Positions 51,985 through 64,000 of a stretch of 64,000 nt of DNA are shown one piece after another. A program made the translations under genes and the position numbers. The first letter of the stretch is position 1. The number at the start of each line of letters is the position of its first letter. The notes below the pieces were generated by a model. It saw nothing but the letters and a program-made list of their open reading frames with translations, searched no databases and was not told where the DNA came from. This DNA comes from Blasia pusilla (taxonomy: Eukaryota), in NCBI GenBank assembly GCA_050084515.1, contig CM114271.1:33108001-33172000 (forward strand), read 5' to 3'.

Positions 51985-52385
51985 CTCTCGTACTCGTCAG
52001 CACAGCTCTATCCCCAATTCATGCTTTCCTGCTCGTCCGAGTCCTCCCTAATCCGGATGAACGTCATTTCTTACTTCTCGAACTCATCGGCACAACTATA
52101 AGCCCAATTAAACCTTCTTGCTCTTCCTATTTCTCCCCTTGTTTTCAAATAAGTTTCTTGCTTCTCGAACTCATCATCAATCACAGCACTATTTTCATCT
52201 CATCCTTTCCTGCTCCTCCGATTCTTGCCCTTTTCGTCTTCTACACGTCTTTCTACTTCTCGAGCTGTCGTCTCCACAGCACTGTCCTCGATTCGTCCTT
52301 TCCTACCCCTCCAATTCCTCCTCTTCTACTCGTCTTCTTCTAACTTTTCGAACTCGTCAGCACAATCCACCCTTTCCTGCCCCTC
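51985..52385. repeat. Five degenerate ~90-bp tandem repeats upstream of the sorting-nexin ATG
   Basis: Core (A)CTTCTCGAACTC(G/A)TC(A/G)GCACA...CTTTCCTGC recurs near 51987, 52072, 52160, 52254 and 52342. Confidence 0.7.
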
Positions 52386-52433
52386 CAAATTCATGACCTC
52401 GTCATGAATTTGGAGCCTCGTCCTCGGCTACTC

Positions 52434-52434
<1 letters not shown>

Positions 52435-52500
<66 letters not shown>
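52435..52500 (+). repeat. (CT)n(CA)n microsatellite
   Basis: Read directly from the sequence. Confidence 0.95.
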
Positions 52501-52501
<1 letters not shown>

Positions 52502-53944
52502 AATTGAATTCACTCCACTCCACCGCACTGCACTGAAACCACACAACACCAAAACAACAACTGTGCAGAGTCAAAGCAACCGTCCATCACGCAACTCACT
52601 CTCTCTCTCTCTCTCATCAACTCTTTTCCCCTCTCTCGTCTCCTGCTGCAATTTTTCACAATTCCTTTCCTCCCTTCAGCCCCACTCCCCGCAGTCCGAC
52701 ACGCCTTCATGCACCATTGCTTCGATTCTTCTGCGGCCCTCGTCTCCCCGCAGGCGTGCTGGACTTTCCTCATCCCTCTCTCCCTCCCTCTCCCTCTCTC
52801 TGTCTCCTTTTTCCCCCTCCCCTCCCCTCCCCTCTGCGCAGAATACAAATTCTGGAATCCGCATCACGATCCTGGAATTCCCTCGCACGGAACGGCCCTG
52901 GCAAACTCACTACAGTGGCACTAGCTCTACTACAGTAGGGCGAGCGCTGGTGCCGGAAGCTCGGCTAACTGTTGGCGCCACGTGCTGTTCTTGCGTACGA
53001 CTACCGCCGATGACGCCTGGAGTGGCTACTCGCGGAGGCGGCGGAAGGGCGTGCCGTGTACAGGGACTACAGACCCTGCGAGCGAGCTGTATATTGGGTG
53101 GATCCGTTGGACATCCCGGTAAATCAGACGCCCGGGAGGGGAGGGAGGGGGAGGGCCAGAAAGAGATCGGGACGTTTCCCGGAGGTAGGCCCGCGGGTAG
53201 GAAAGTGCGAGGCGACCGGAATACCTTTTGTGACGACTGTCGTATTGGCGACGGCTGCCAGTTGCAGGCAGCTTTGGCTTGGACGAAATGCTATGCGACC
53301 GACGGCGGAGATCTCATCGGACGGTGCGGGATAGGGCATTCGTTTCTTTATTCTTTTTCGTTGATATCCGGTTGAAATTTTGAAAAAGCATTCATAATCG
53401 GCCTTGCTCATAATGAGGAGGAGTTTTCAAAATGAGAGCGGGCATTCGTTGAATAGTAAGGAATGACAGAATCAGGAAATAAATGGAGTTAAGCGGATTA
53501 TGTGTATAGTTAAGGTCTTTACAAGTGGGTTTTTTTCATTTAGATGCACATATATTAGTCACTTAATCATGTGATTTATTCATGGAAAAAATTGTTTAAG
53601 AATTAGTTTATAATTCGTGAAGGGAAGAATTAATAAAATTGCACGTAAATTTTAATTTTAAATTTTTTTTTCCGTAGTATATAAAACATTTTTCGTTGTC
53701 CAGTTGTCATGTGTCAAACATAGAAATGTGTGTGAATCAAGAAGGCACTCTCCCATAATCATATAGATTATTCTTTTCTCCACCCGTCGTAGAGGTTGCA
53801 CACTTGTTGAAAGAGGATGGGGTTTGAGGACCCCTTCCTCCTTTATTGACCTGTGACTATTTTTGCCTCCTATGGTGCTAATACTTATAGTGTTTAACAT
53901 GTGGTAAGTCTTAATAGAGAATTTAATTGAACTTATATCTTTCA

Positions 53945-53972
53945 CCCGTACATAGTGCGAGCAGTATACTAG
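53945..53972 (+). mobile_element. Helitron-like 3' terminus
   Basis: CCCGTACATAGTGCGAG, a degenerate version of the hairpin at ~27718, followed by CTAG|T. A Helitron-like 5' end (A|TCTATATAATTAAAAG) occurs separately at 54116. Confidence 0.45.
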
Positions 53973-54399
53973 TTAGTGTTACCGATGGATCCAATGTATG
54001 AGCCACAAGAATGGCATGAACATTTAAGGGTTTTAGAAATGATTTTTTCAAATATTTTTGTTGTTAAGAGAAATATCACTTTCCCATGTAATTATAATAG
54101 AATTTCTAATTTTAATCTATATAATTAAAAGAGGATGAGGTTAGACAAAACACTCCTCCGATGTCGATACCTATCTTTTAAGGGTTTTTCTAATGTTGGT
54201 ATATTTCTATTTTAAGATAAGTAGTTAAATTAAGAGGAGACAAATAAATTAAATGAGGAAGGGAAAGGAGGACCGGAGATGCTAAACTAATTTTTTTTAA
54301 AATTTTGAAGATCAATTGTGCATCTAGGTTCCGACTTTGGCAAGTCACACCAAGATCTATCCTCCTTAGACCCACAATCATGACTTGCTTTCAAGGCCC

Positions 54400-55900
54400 G
54401 CACTAGCATGGGAACCATAGAGTTAGCTATTTGTGACAGTTGCTCATGCTCATAAACAATGGATTGGAATCCGAGATGATAATTTCATCTATGTAATATT
54501 ACACATACTCCATACTTGCCATAATCCTATCTATGATCGTTTGCGACTCCATACAGATATTCTTCAACCAAAATGGTAAGGATAACTATTGATACAAATA
54601 ATCTCTCCTAAACCAATTTTAATTATACCCCAACATGTTGTCTTCTCCCTATCCCAGTCTTGATGATAGCCAACATAGATATCTACTTACTAAAGATATT
54701 TTCATGTCGAATCACATCAAAGATATCCTCAAGATTGGGCAAAGCATATTTCATTTTCCAATTGATAGGATGATAATCTCCACGTGTCTATCTATTCTAC
54801 CAATTGTCATATATATCATTTTCTGTCATCATTACTATGATTGATGTATACTCTCCATTTGATAACTCCACCAACCTTGCCTCCCAAAACTCTAGATTCA
54901 TACTTTGAATCAAGGTTCTCTCCATGTTAGAATACCCATAGGGTTTCCATAAGATTGATTGACGCTCAACTAGCCAAATCAATCTTTATACTCGGGATCT
55001 TTCAAATTACCTAAATCCCTCATGCTTAAGGCAAAAAAAATCAATCTCCCTCTCAAGAATCATTGTTTCCTTCAGCTATTTCTCTCCAACCTTATGCTCT
55101 ATATTTCAAAAGTGAACATGAATTGATCTAGCCAACTTTGCATTCTTTTCTCAAACAACATCTCAAGAAATTCATGAATGCTTATTGCTGCCCATCTTGC
55201 CATCAACCAATGTTTTAGTATTCTTTGTAAAAAATGTGTCAATTTATGGATGTGATGAGATGGATGCCTCTTTTATCTATCGTTGTTCAACCAATGCTTG
55301 ATTGACTATCTATATAAGATAGTTCAAGTCCATGGCCCGACCCAACACCATTTTTCATGACCTCTCTTATACGGTACACCTTGGCATTGCCTGAGTATAC
55401 TATAGCAGTTTAATTCCTCTATAGGTAAGTACATGTAGAGAAATAAAACCCATTTCTAGCCCTTCCTCTAGCTTTAGGCTCCTTCAATCCCCATGCCTGG
55501 TCAACCCATATCATGTCCAGTACTCTCTGACAAAGGCATTGGAAGCTAGAAGACTAACCAATTTGAGTAGTGTTGCCCTCAACTTCCCTACTCTCTTCGC
55601 TAAAGTCACCACCAAAGATCATTGCCTTGGATCCAATAAAGTATCCACAATCAAACATGATGCATTTTGAACTCCATCAAGAGGTTGCCTTAGTACCTTT
55701 GCTTTGATAATATAAGATTTATCTATCATGAGAAATGTGTGCACGATCAAATGCTCATCGAATATAAAAACACTATTGGTCCTAAAGAAAATCTAAACTA
55801 ATGCACAAGTGTCATAAAAAAGGACTTATTCTCCATAATGTACATTGAAGAATATGCTCAACTCCACATGGCACTTTGGGGGAGATAAGAGGTCGAGCCA
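54400..55900 (-). pseudogene. Heavily decayed L1-like LINE remnant (endonuclease/RT)
   Basis: Only scattered motifs on the - strand, e.g. MIFGGDF (~55600-55625, APE GGDFN-like). Many stops. Confidence 0.3.
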
Positions 55901-57547
55901 AACAAATCTATCAAGAATGATAGGCTCCGTAGTAAGCTAGCAAGCACTAGCAAGCTTCCCCTTGGTTTGGGCCAACTTGGAGCTATTTAAGGAACTTAAA
56001 AATTTGGGCAAGTTCCTTATTTTGATAGAGTTGGTTTTTTATTTGTGGAAAATGACCCTTGAGCCCTCATCCCCTATTTTAGGTTTAGGGTCAAGGAGGT
56101 GACCAACGTGCACAAGTCACCATCTCTTGGGAAGAGAAAGGGAATATCTCAAGGAGAGAGAGTTTGATAATAGAAGCTTGATGGCTACCACTCGTTTGGT
56201 AGGTTGGCGAATATGTTCCTTTTTCAACAATTTGTGTGGATACTCATCCGAGATCTAACTTGTTGATTTTATTTTTTTTGCAAGAAAAAAAATTGTAGTA
56301 TCAATAGGCATGGAAGCACTGCCAAAACTTAAGCAAGTGATTGAGCATGAGAGCAGAGCCGCCATGGAAGGGTTCCTAAGAGCAAGTATTAGTCCTCTGG
56401 TTTAGTACAAGTCTCAAGTTTTCTCATTGAGAAAGTGGTCTTGAGTTCTCGTTGCATTTGGGGCCATGAGATGAACAAACACCATTTCCGTAAGAAAAGT
56501 AGAGTTTTGATTTGAGCGATGAGTTCTGATCTTGTGATAACGAGAGCTATGCTCGTTATTGTCTAGATGACACGATACTTCAACCTGTGAGTGTGAAGCA
56601 ATTGCCATTTTTGTTGTTTGAGAGAGTGGCTTACGATTTTTTTTGGTAAATAATTATTTTGGGAGCCGTGGAGTGAAAAGAAAGGCGAAGAAGTTTTTTG
56701 AGGCCTTAAGTGACACTCTGTTTTGGGGAATGGACCTCTCATTTTAGGGGATAGTTAAGTAAATTGTCAAAAAGGTTGTAGGGGGTGGCAAGGTAAGTGC
56801 GGCGGTGGGGCAAGTAAAAAATAAACAAAAAAGGAGGGCAAGGGTAGTTCAAGTACGGCATGCCCACCGCGTCAGACGACCACGTGGCTGCTACAGCCGC
56901 CGTCTGTTCCCGGGAGCTCCGGAAACGCGCTCCGCTTCTAGCCGCTGTTCGCTCCGAGTTCGCCTTTCCGGCCGCCGTCCCTTCTACCACGCTCAGCTGC
57001 GGCTACCCGATGGAGGGCCGCTCCCGATCCCGACCTCGACCTGATGCCGGCCCCGCGGCCACCCTGCGACGAGGCCCCTACCGACCCCCGTCGCGACCGT
57101 TATTTGCCTGGCTTCAGAGCTGCCGTGGCCGGGCCGCTCGTGCACTGACCTCCGTGCCCCTACCACCGACCAGACGCCGTCGGCGGTCCCGTCCATGCCG
57201 CCGTCTCTCCTGCGACCGACTCCGTCCATAACTCTACTGCGACCGAGTCCTCCGACGGACGTCGCCCGTTCTAAATGCGGACCGGCGGCCGTCAAAACTT
57301 CAGCCGTTAGAAATTTGGCCATCAACCGACTTTGTTGGCCGTGACCGTCCACAACCGTAGCTATTCCAACGGCCATTTAGCCCTTTTTATGTTTCATTGA
57401 GGGCTATTTATCGCCATTTATTTCATCTAATGTGGCCGAAAGAGTTTGCTCAAGGCATTTACATGCTTGTGGCATTTGGGTAGTGATAGATGCCAAGGGT
57501 ATCTAGGTATGGTACGGCAGTGAGCCTAGACGAGGGATGCGACATTA

Positions 57548-58074
57548 GGGCGTCTCATACTAGGGTCCGTTAGGGTCGCTATGTCCGATGGCGGTTTGGC
57601 TGTTAAAGAAGGATGGGGGACTTTTACGTCTCGGGGATGTTCATTTTGTTAGATGATGTAAGTCTTAGTTACGGGTGTTTTTGTTATGCGACGTCGTGGG
57701 TCGCATGTAGCGGGCGTCTCAGAATTCGCAAAGCATCTCATCCGTTTCAAGTGATCTGTACCATGCAACCTCCACACTCGAATTGAATGGAGACAGGGTC
57801 GTGAAAGACACAACCTGAATTGATTTCTCAAGTGAGTTTTCGTAGCATCGTGTTGGGGCCAGACAACATCTTGTTAGGGGCTGCACAACACGTCCACCTG
57901 AAAACAGACGGGATTCAGAAATGTCATGGCTTCTTCGGACGACCCATGTAGGCACGAGACGTTAGGGGTGCGCATCCACCTCCGATGGTACCCCGTTCTA
58001 GAGGATGGACTTAAGACGTAAAAAAGAATTACGGAACTGGACGTCCGGCCTTATGGCCATAGTATGAGATGCCT
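57548..58074. mobile_element. Tourist/PIF-Harbinger-like MITE
   Basis: Inverted termini GGGCGTCTCATACTA / TAGTATGAGATGCCT with TTA at or overlapping both ends; ~527 bp, non-coding. Confidence 0.6.
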
Positions 58075-61014
58075 TATTATGTTATCACACCTCATTTACC
58101 TCGAGAGACTTTTTTAGTCGCAAAACGAATTGAACACAACACGGCGGAGAAGATCGTAATAGCCTTGAGCTATATTAGGAAGGTGTTGCGAGGAATGAAC
58201 ACACCATAGGTACAACAACATGCACCCATAAAGCGGAGTACAACACCTAGGGTATAGGATGGTGATCGTGAGCCCATGCAACCGAGACGTATGCCATCAT
58301 TTGCAAGTCAACAATAGCCATGAGTGATTTGTTGGCCATGTAGTGGGGCGCATCACCATAAGGATTGTACCCTTCAAGGGAGTGGAAGTTTGTTGCCAAA
58401 CATCATGTGCATGGAATATGCGGACCTTTATCCATGGTGTTCCATTGTGACCATTATCAACATTATGGCCATACTTGTGAGAGGTATTTTGCATTGCGTC
58501 ACAAGTTATGCTTAGATAGAGTGCATAAGAGATTACTAGAGCAAACTCATTCCTTTAGTTAAGGAATGGAGGAGGCATTTCGACATGCTTTTATGAGTAT
58601 CTCTTACTCTTAGTGCCCTCATAATGTAGGGATAGTTAGTTTGTATTTAAGAAGACTTAATTGTCTTTTGTGAAATTTAGGAGGTATGAGGAGTTCCTGA
58701 CTAGTGAAGTTGTGCATGATGTGTAGAAAAGATTAAAAAAAAACTCGAGAGGAGATCTTCACCAATCAAGATGTCTTAGCATCCATGGTGAGTTCCTGAA
58801 ACTCTACTACTCATGTAACTATTATCTTCAATAGAGATTCTAATATAATTTCACTTTTCATGTTTGGTATAGCATAATATGCCACATCTTGGCGAACCCA
58901 AGATGGAGGACGAGCAATGATGGGTATGTATATTGACGTTCATCAACTTAGATCTGTATACCTCATCAGACCAACTTGCTGGAGAAGAGGACCATTTAGA
59001 TGATGGCTCCTATATCAAGGGTGAGTAAGGAAAAGGATATTTGCCTTACAAAGAGTATAGACACTGTAAGGCAGAGTAGGAGGTCCTCGCTAGATAGTGC
59101 ACCCATTGAATGCATTGGGCCTATCCATAGTGTGAGCCCATTGCAACTAGACTGTGAGTACAAAAAAGCGGAACTTTTGAGCCACACTGGAGTCGCAAAC
59201 TACGAGTGTGATTCTCAATTGTGTGAGTCCATTGCAAGTGCAACACTCGCAAATATAGTGGCATTAGGGTACGGATTCTTGGACTTGCAAATTCATGGCA
59301 AATGTAGTAGTAAGATGGAAAGAGTGAAGGGTGCCATGTACGCACGATGGCGCTGTCTTGCTGTTGGGTTCAGAGCATAGTTGGCTTTGAGTCTCCCTCC
59401 TTATACTTCCTGTGGATTCCCCCATCTCCTTTCATTGAGGTCTTGTTTTTCTTGAATGGGTGAAGAAGATCGATTTCGCTCAACCATGCCCAAGTGACTT
59501 AATGTAGGGATGGTAGTAGTAGGAGGTATAGAATAAGTGTTATACATTCGAAAAAAAAGAATGTTCACTTCTTTTGATCCTATTTGGAGCAAAATCTTGA
59601 TCATAAGGTATATAAGAAGTCTTAGGCATGAATATAAATGGAAAAAGGTTAAAGGGGAAGAGGAAGGAGATGATGATGGATGAAGATGCATAGGAAAGGA
59701 GGATGAGTGGGCTTTTTTCATGAGGAGAATGAAATTTAAAATAAATGAAACCTATGATAGAATGAATGATAACGCGATGTCTTTACGTCCCCTACAAGTT
59801 CTCACTATATTTTTCCTTGGCCATCTAGAGTATCCACGTGTCTTCTACACCCATGTATTAATTCTTTTCTTCCCCCCTTTACCCGTCTCAAAGGTCGCAT
59901 ACTGGTTTTCACATTATGAGATAGAGAATATTTTGTAAATGAAATATTAAAAAAATCATCCTAAACATATTGTTTACAATTTTGAAAATGTTGATGTGAA
60001 ATATTTTTTTCGGGGTAAAATATAAAATTAAGTAGAAATATTGTCTACGACGTCAATGATCGGGGAGATCCAGGGTTACGAGTAATGCTATCCGGTTAAA
60101 TTTGAGAATTTCCGATTGATTTTAAAGTTGGCTACGGAAAACCGGTTGAATTCGAGCAAGTCCTTTGTATTTTGTATCTCAAAACCGGTTCAAAAACTGG
60201 ATTTACCGTTTCCGATTAGACGTTCTGGCAATGTACCGCGCCGCAAAAAAACTCCCCGAACCCTAATAGACGTTGATAGTGTTAATAGGACACCATTACA
60301 CCACATATTCACTTTCACTCATCTATCCAACATTTCGCCATTGTTTGTCCATAGGATAAATCATGTCGCTTACATGTTTATTGGATTTTTCTTCCCGCCC
60401 AGTATTTATGTATTTAAATTTTGCTTAAATTTTATTCCACTATCACATGGGCCCATACAGTGCATAACAAATTAATAATGTCGGGCTCTTGGTTATAGCA
60501 AAGTCAGGAAGGCCATACGCCGTCCATTTTGTCGATGGACATCAACACAGCAGGAGGTTTCCCGTATCCTGTCGTGTCGTATAGCGCGTCCAATTTAGAC
60601 TCCACGTTTTGCCAGCTCGCCAGGTCTTGAACGACGGTCTGGAAAGACCTGGCGAGCTGGCAAACCAAATAGACCCACGCTGACAGTCGATGCACTGGGT
60701 AAACCAATCGACGGTGGACATAGCTTTCGGGATTTAGCGAGGTTCCACCCAGGGTCCGGGTACTTTTTTTAGAACTTTCCGGTATGTACAAAACGGAACG
60801 GTAAATTTCGAATTTTTCCTCATTCCGGTGAGCTAAATCAGATACAATTACAAAGGAGGACCTCCTTTAGTCCTTATACCGTCGGTTTTTGGCCGGTACT
60901 CAGGAATCGGCAATTTCCAAATTCTCCCGGCTAGGTCAACACGTGACCCCGGTTCGGTTCCACCTGGATCAATCGTCCCTCCCGCCATGTGGGCCCGGCT
61001 CTGCTTTCCCGTGT

Positions 61015-61021
61015 ATAAATA
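61015..61021 (+). promoter_or_regulatory. TATA-box candidate with upstream site-II-like TGGGCC motifs
   Basis: TATAAAT at 61015, TGGGCC at ~60448 and ~60989, and a possible splice donor near 61080. No downstream CDS identified in the window. Confidence 0.3.
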
Positions 61022-64000
61022 CAGTTAACGCCGCCCCAATTCGTAGGTTCTGTCGTATTTCGGTTCCGGGAAACATCGAGTAAGGTAGAGGCGTTTGAGT
61101 TCAGTCAGAGGTTGATAGCTCCACGTTTACTTCCGTGAAACCCTGTGATCCCTGTCCGAAGAGGCATTCGAATTTCGACCTGCCTGAGGAACTAGACGCA
61201 CTTTGTGCAGACGAAATCGAATCCGGAGAATGTACGATCGTGTATCAGATTAACTATGTCCCTCGCTTCTTACGATTTGACTGAAGTCTACAGAGATTGG
61301 AGGTTCCTATTCTTCAGGAGCGAGGAATTGTCTCGAGCACACGAGACGATTAGTAAATTTGATGTCGATGAGATAGACTTTGATTAGAACAGACAACCAA
61401 AAGGTTTCTCCAGGAGTTGTCCCTACGGCGGAGGTTGTAGCGCGCGAAGAGTGGAAGATACTAGGGTGTGTACTTGGAAAGCTTCCCGCCTCATGAAGCT
61501 ACCGGATCAAGATTCAAGTATATAAACAGGTACTGGATCATGTTCATGTACAAGATGCTGCTGGTTCACGCGTTCTCCGCTGACAGAGATTCAGAATCCT
61601 CGCCAAGAAAGGAATCAGGAATGTGGGGAGCGAAGGACGAAAGAACACGGACACCTAGTTGATTGTGCATACCTTCAGAGGTGCGTCGGACGCGCTTGTC
61701 GGCCGGAATGAAGAAACATTGCCGAGACGGCGATCATCGGCATGCGAAGGGCGAAGACGAGAGAGAGCGCAGTGACAGGTTCTCCGAAGAATGACGGATA
61801 CGTTCACAGGAGAAGTCTGATCTTTGGAATCACGTCTGACCCTTGCCCTATTTTTTGGTACATTTCTGACGCCTGTGTTACGAGCATCCCCTTAATGGTA
61901 CGTCTTCCATGCGTACAAGCAGGCGTGGCCGATCTCGTGACGTCCAGATCCAATGTCACCTGCTTCAATTTTCCAAATGGTAGCTGACAAGTACAGAGTG
62001 GAAATTAGATGTCTGCACTTGTAAGTGATTGGAGGTGTTCGTAATGCGTTGAGTTGGAGAGATTACTGTACCCTTCAACATGTCAGTCCAATTTTAGGTT
62101 CAGATTGAAGTCGGCAGATGGATGCGTTCTGTCATGTTTATTTTCAGGTGTTAAGGCTTTCAACTAAAGCAGCTTCTCTTTGCTTTGAGATCTTGCTGCA
62201 GAGAAGACTGGAGCATAGGACCGTCTTTTAAAAGTATGAGAATCATATGCGCCTGACAAAGGGATACAAAATTTGGCCGTTTGCATAGATGAGTCGATTA
62301 CGAGCAAGGCTCTGTGGTTCTCTGCTTGGCTAAGTGAGAGAATCGATCCGTAGGATGGACGTGCGCTTGCCATCTTGTGGGTTGGACTTTCAACTCACAG
62401 TACCAAATTCTCGTTTGAATCTCCAAGTCCGATGTCAAGATCTCCAGCCTGCAAACCAAAGACTTGGCAAATGATTGTTGTTCTACATTCACAAGGTTCC
62501 TTGTGAGACAGTATGTGTGTCCCGTGGCAGGAGCTCTTCACCGATGCTTCATCGAGTGATGCGAATCGTTGCACGCGTTTTGCGTACATCTGAGTAGTGT
62601 GTCAAATTTGAGGGACCAGTTGCCGTGTCCGGCATAGGTTGTTGATTCACTGCCCAGAATCGGGCGAGGATGAATGGAACAACTTTCCTCGAGAACTGTT
62701 CCACGTTCTAGGCAGCCACTTCATACCGGATATCACAAGAATAATATCATGAGGGGGTAGCTATGACTACTCCAAGGCAAGTCTTTTGCTCCCAAGGGCA
62801 ATAAGAAATGGTGGTCGGAGATGAACGAAAGGTGCTAGAGGAGGAACTGTTCAGCGTCTCTGCATAATTTAAGTGGTGATGAAAGTAGTCACACATTGGC
62901 AAAAAGTTGCTTGTGTTTGCAGATTGGCAGACAATTGCTTATGTCTGTACACTGACTAATGCTTCTGTTCGTATCCTAAACGAAAGATCGAGGAAGGTGC
63001 CGAGAAGGGAGTTTCGAGCTAGCAGAGCTTTGATATGTGCTCTATGGAAGAAGAGGGCAGTGGCAATTCGTGTAACGAGACATTGCTGAGATCAAACCAG
63101 GTGACCAGTGTCCCACAATAGTAATCTTGCAGAATCAAGACATGCCTCATGTAACATCAACAGGAGAACCAAAAGACGAATATTCATGGTCATAATGTCA
63201 TGGTTCCCTCACGTTTTATGCATATCCCTGCACAGATTAGGGTTTTACATTCGTCAACACTCGTGAGAAAGTTCCATTCCTTCTGCGGAATTTTTGTTCA
63301 CCTCGAGAATCAAACTGATCTTCGTACCATTTTCGTAGCATTCAATTAACCTCCGAACAGCCAGATCCGTAAAGGTAAGACTTCAGCTTAAGAAAGACGG
63401 GTAGTAGTTGAGCAAGAGAGACTAGGCTAGGCTTCATCAACAAATCCTGAGACCATGCACAACGAAAGTCTTTCCCAGTGGATTGAAGGAGGTGGTGGAA
63501 ACGTATAGTTGAGGCAGTTAATGGTTCTCAAGATTGCAACCATTGGAGTCTTTCCTCTCAGTAGACGCCAGACAGCTTTGATGGGTGGGATAACCGCGTT
63601 GAGGGTGTCATCTTGGTTTCCACAGCAGAGACTTCCGAAATCCAGCGTCAGCTTTGAATTTACACGCTTCTCAAGTCAACGACCTATAAAATCCACCGCA
63701 ATCCGTCCTTTTCCGTCCGGAAAGACACCTCCTCGCCATCCTTGTCTGCAACGTCTCTGATCTTTCTTTCGATGAAAAGAACATTTTCCTAGCATATGTT
63801 TCGTGGATACCCGGTTGAACGGCCTGGAAAGCGGAAAGTTTATAGGTATTACCACCGAGGAAGGGTCTCGTGGACGAGAGCTAGTACACAAAGAAGAGAC
63901 ATGCCATCTGAAGTGTATACTCCTCCATATGAGAAAAAAATATGGAAAGTAGGGAAGGAAGTGCTCCATAGCAAACACACGCAAAGAAGAGAATGCAGCT

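Noticed and set aside
51985-52385. CRISPR-like reading of the spaced repeats
   Set aside because: The repeats are highly degenerate, the intervening sequences are related to each other, there are no cas genes and the context is eukaryotic.
52404-53375. 323-aa ORF on the + strand
   Set aside because: It runs through microsatellites and the GC-rich promoter/leader region of the opposite-strand gene and has no recognisable domain.
56700-57400. GC-rich ORFs of 79-127 aa
   Set aside because: Open in several frames because of high GC. They look like the interior of a DNA-transposon derivative, and termini could not be defined.
58300-58900. Possible hAT transposase remnant
   Set aside because: Too degenerate to support without a profile search.
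62876-62955. Possible C/D box snoRNA (GTGATGA...CTGA, ~80 nt)
   Set aside because: The terminal stem is weak and I could not recognise an rRNA or snRNA-complementary guide.

Overview
Eukaryotic nuclear DNA from a land plant. Gene families and TE types suggest a non-seed plant such as a bryophyte, but this is inference. The window has three recognisable protein-coding genes: a spliced DUF1685-family gene (~413-3317, +), an intronless PADRE/DUF4228 gene (39045-39635, +) and an intronless ~1060-aa PXA-PX-Nexin_C sorting-nexin-like gene (48722-51910, -). It also has an initiator tRNA-Met gene with an unusual G50:C64 T-stem pair (29855-29926). Much of the rest is transposon-derived. The most unusual component is a CRE/SLACS-clade-like non-LTR retrotransposon with a zinc finger, RT (IADD) and a C-terminal restriction-like endonuclease. 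It occurs as a near full-length decayed copy (~41950-46400), an internally deleted copy inserted with an 8-bp TSD exactly at the polypurine tract of a copia element (15011-17252), and a short 3' fragment. Other elements are a Ty3/gypsy family (one truncated element, two solo LTRs), Helitron, Tourist-like and SINE-like elements, and several near-perfect hairpins. All calls come from reading motifs by eye; no database search was run.
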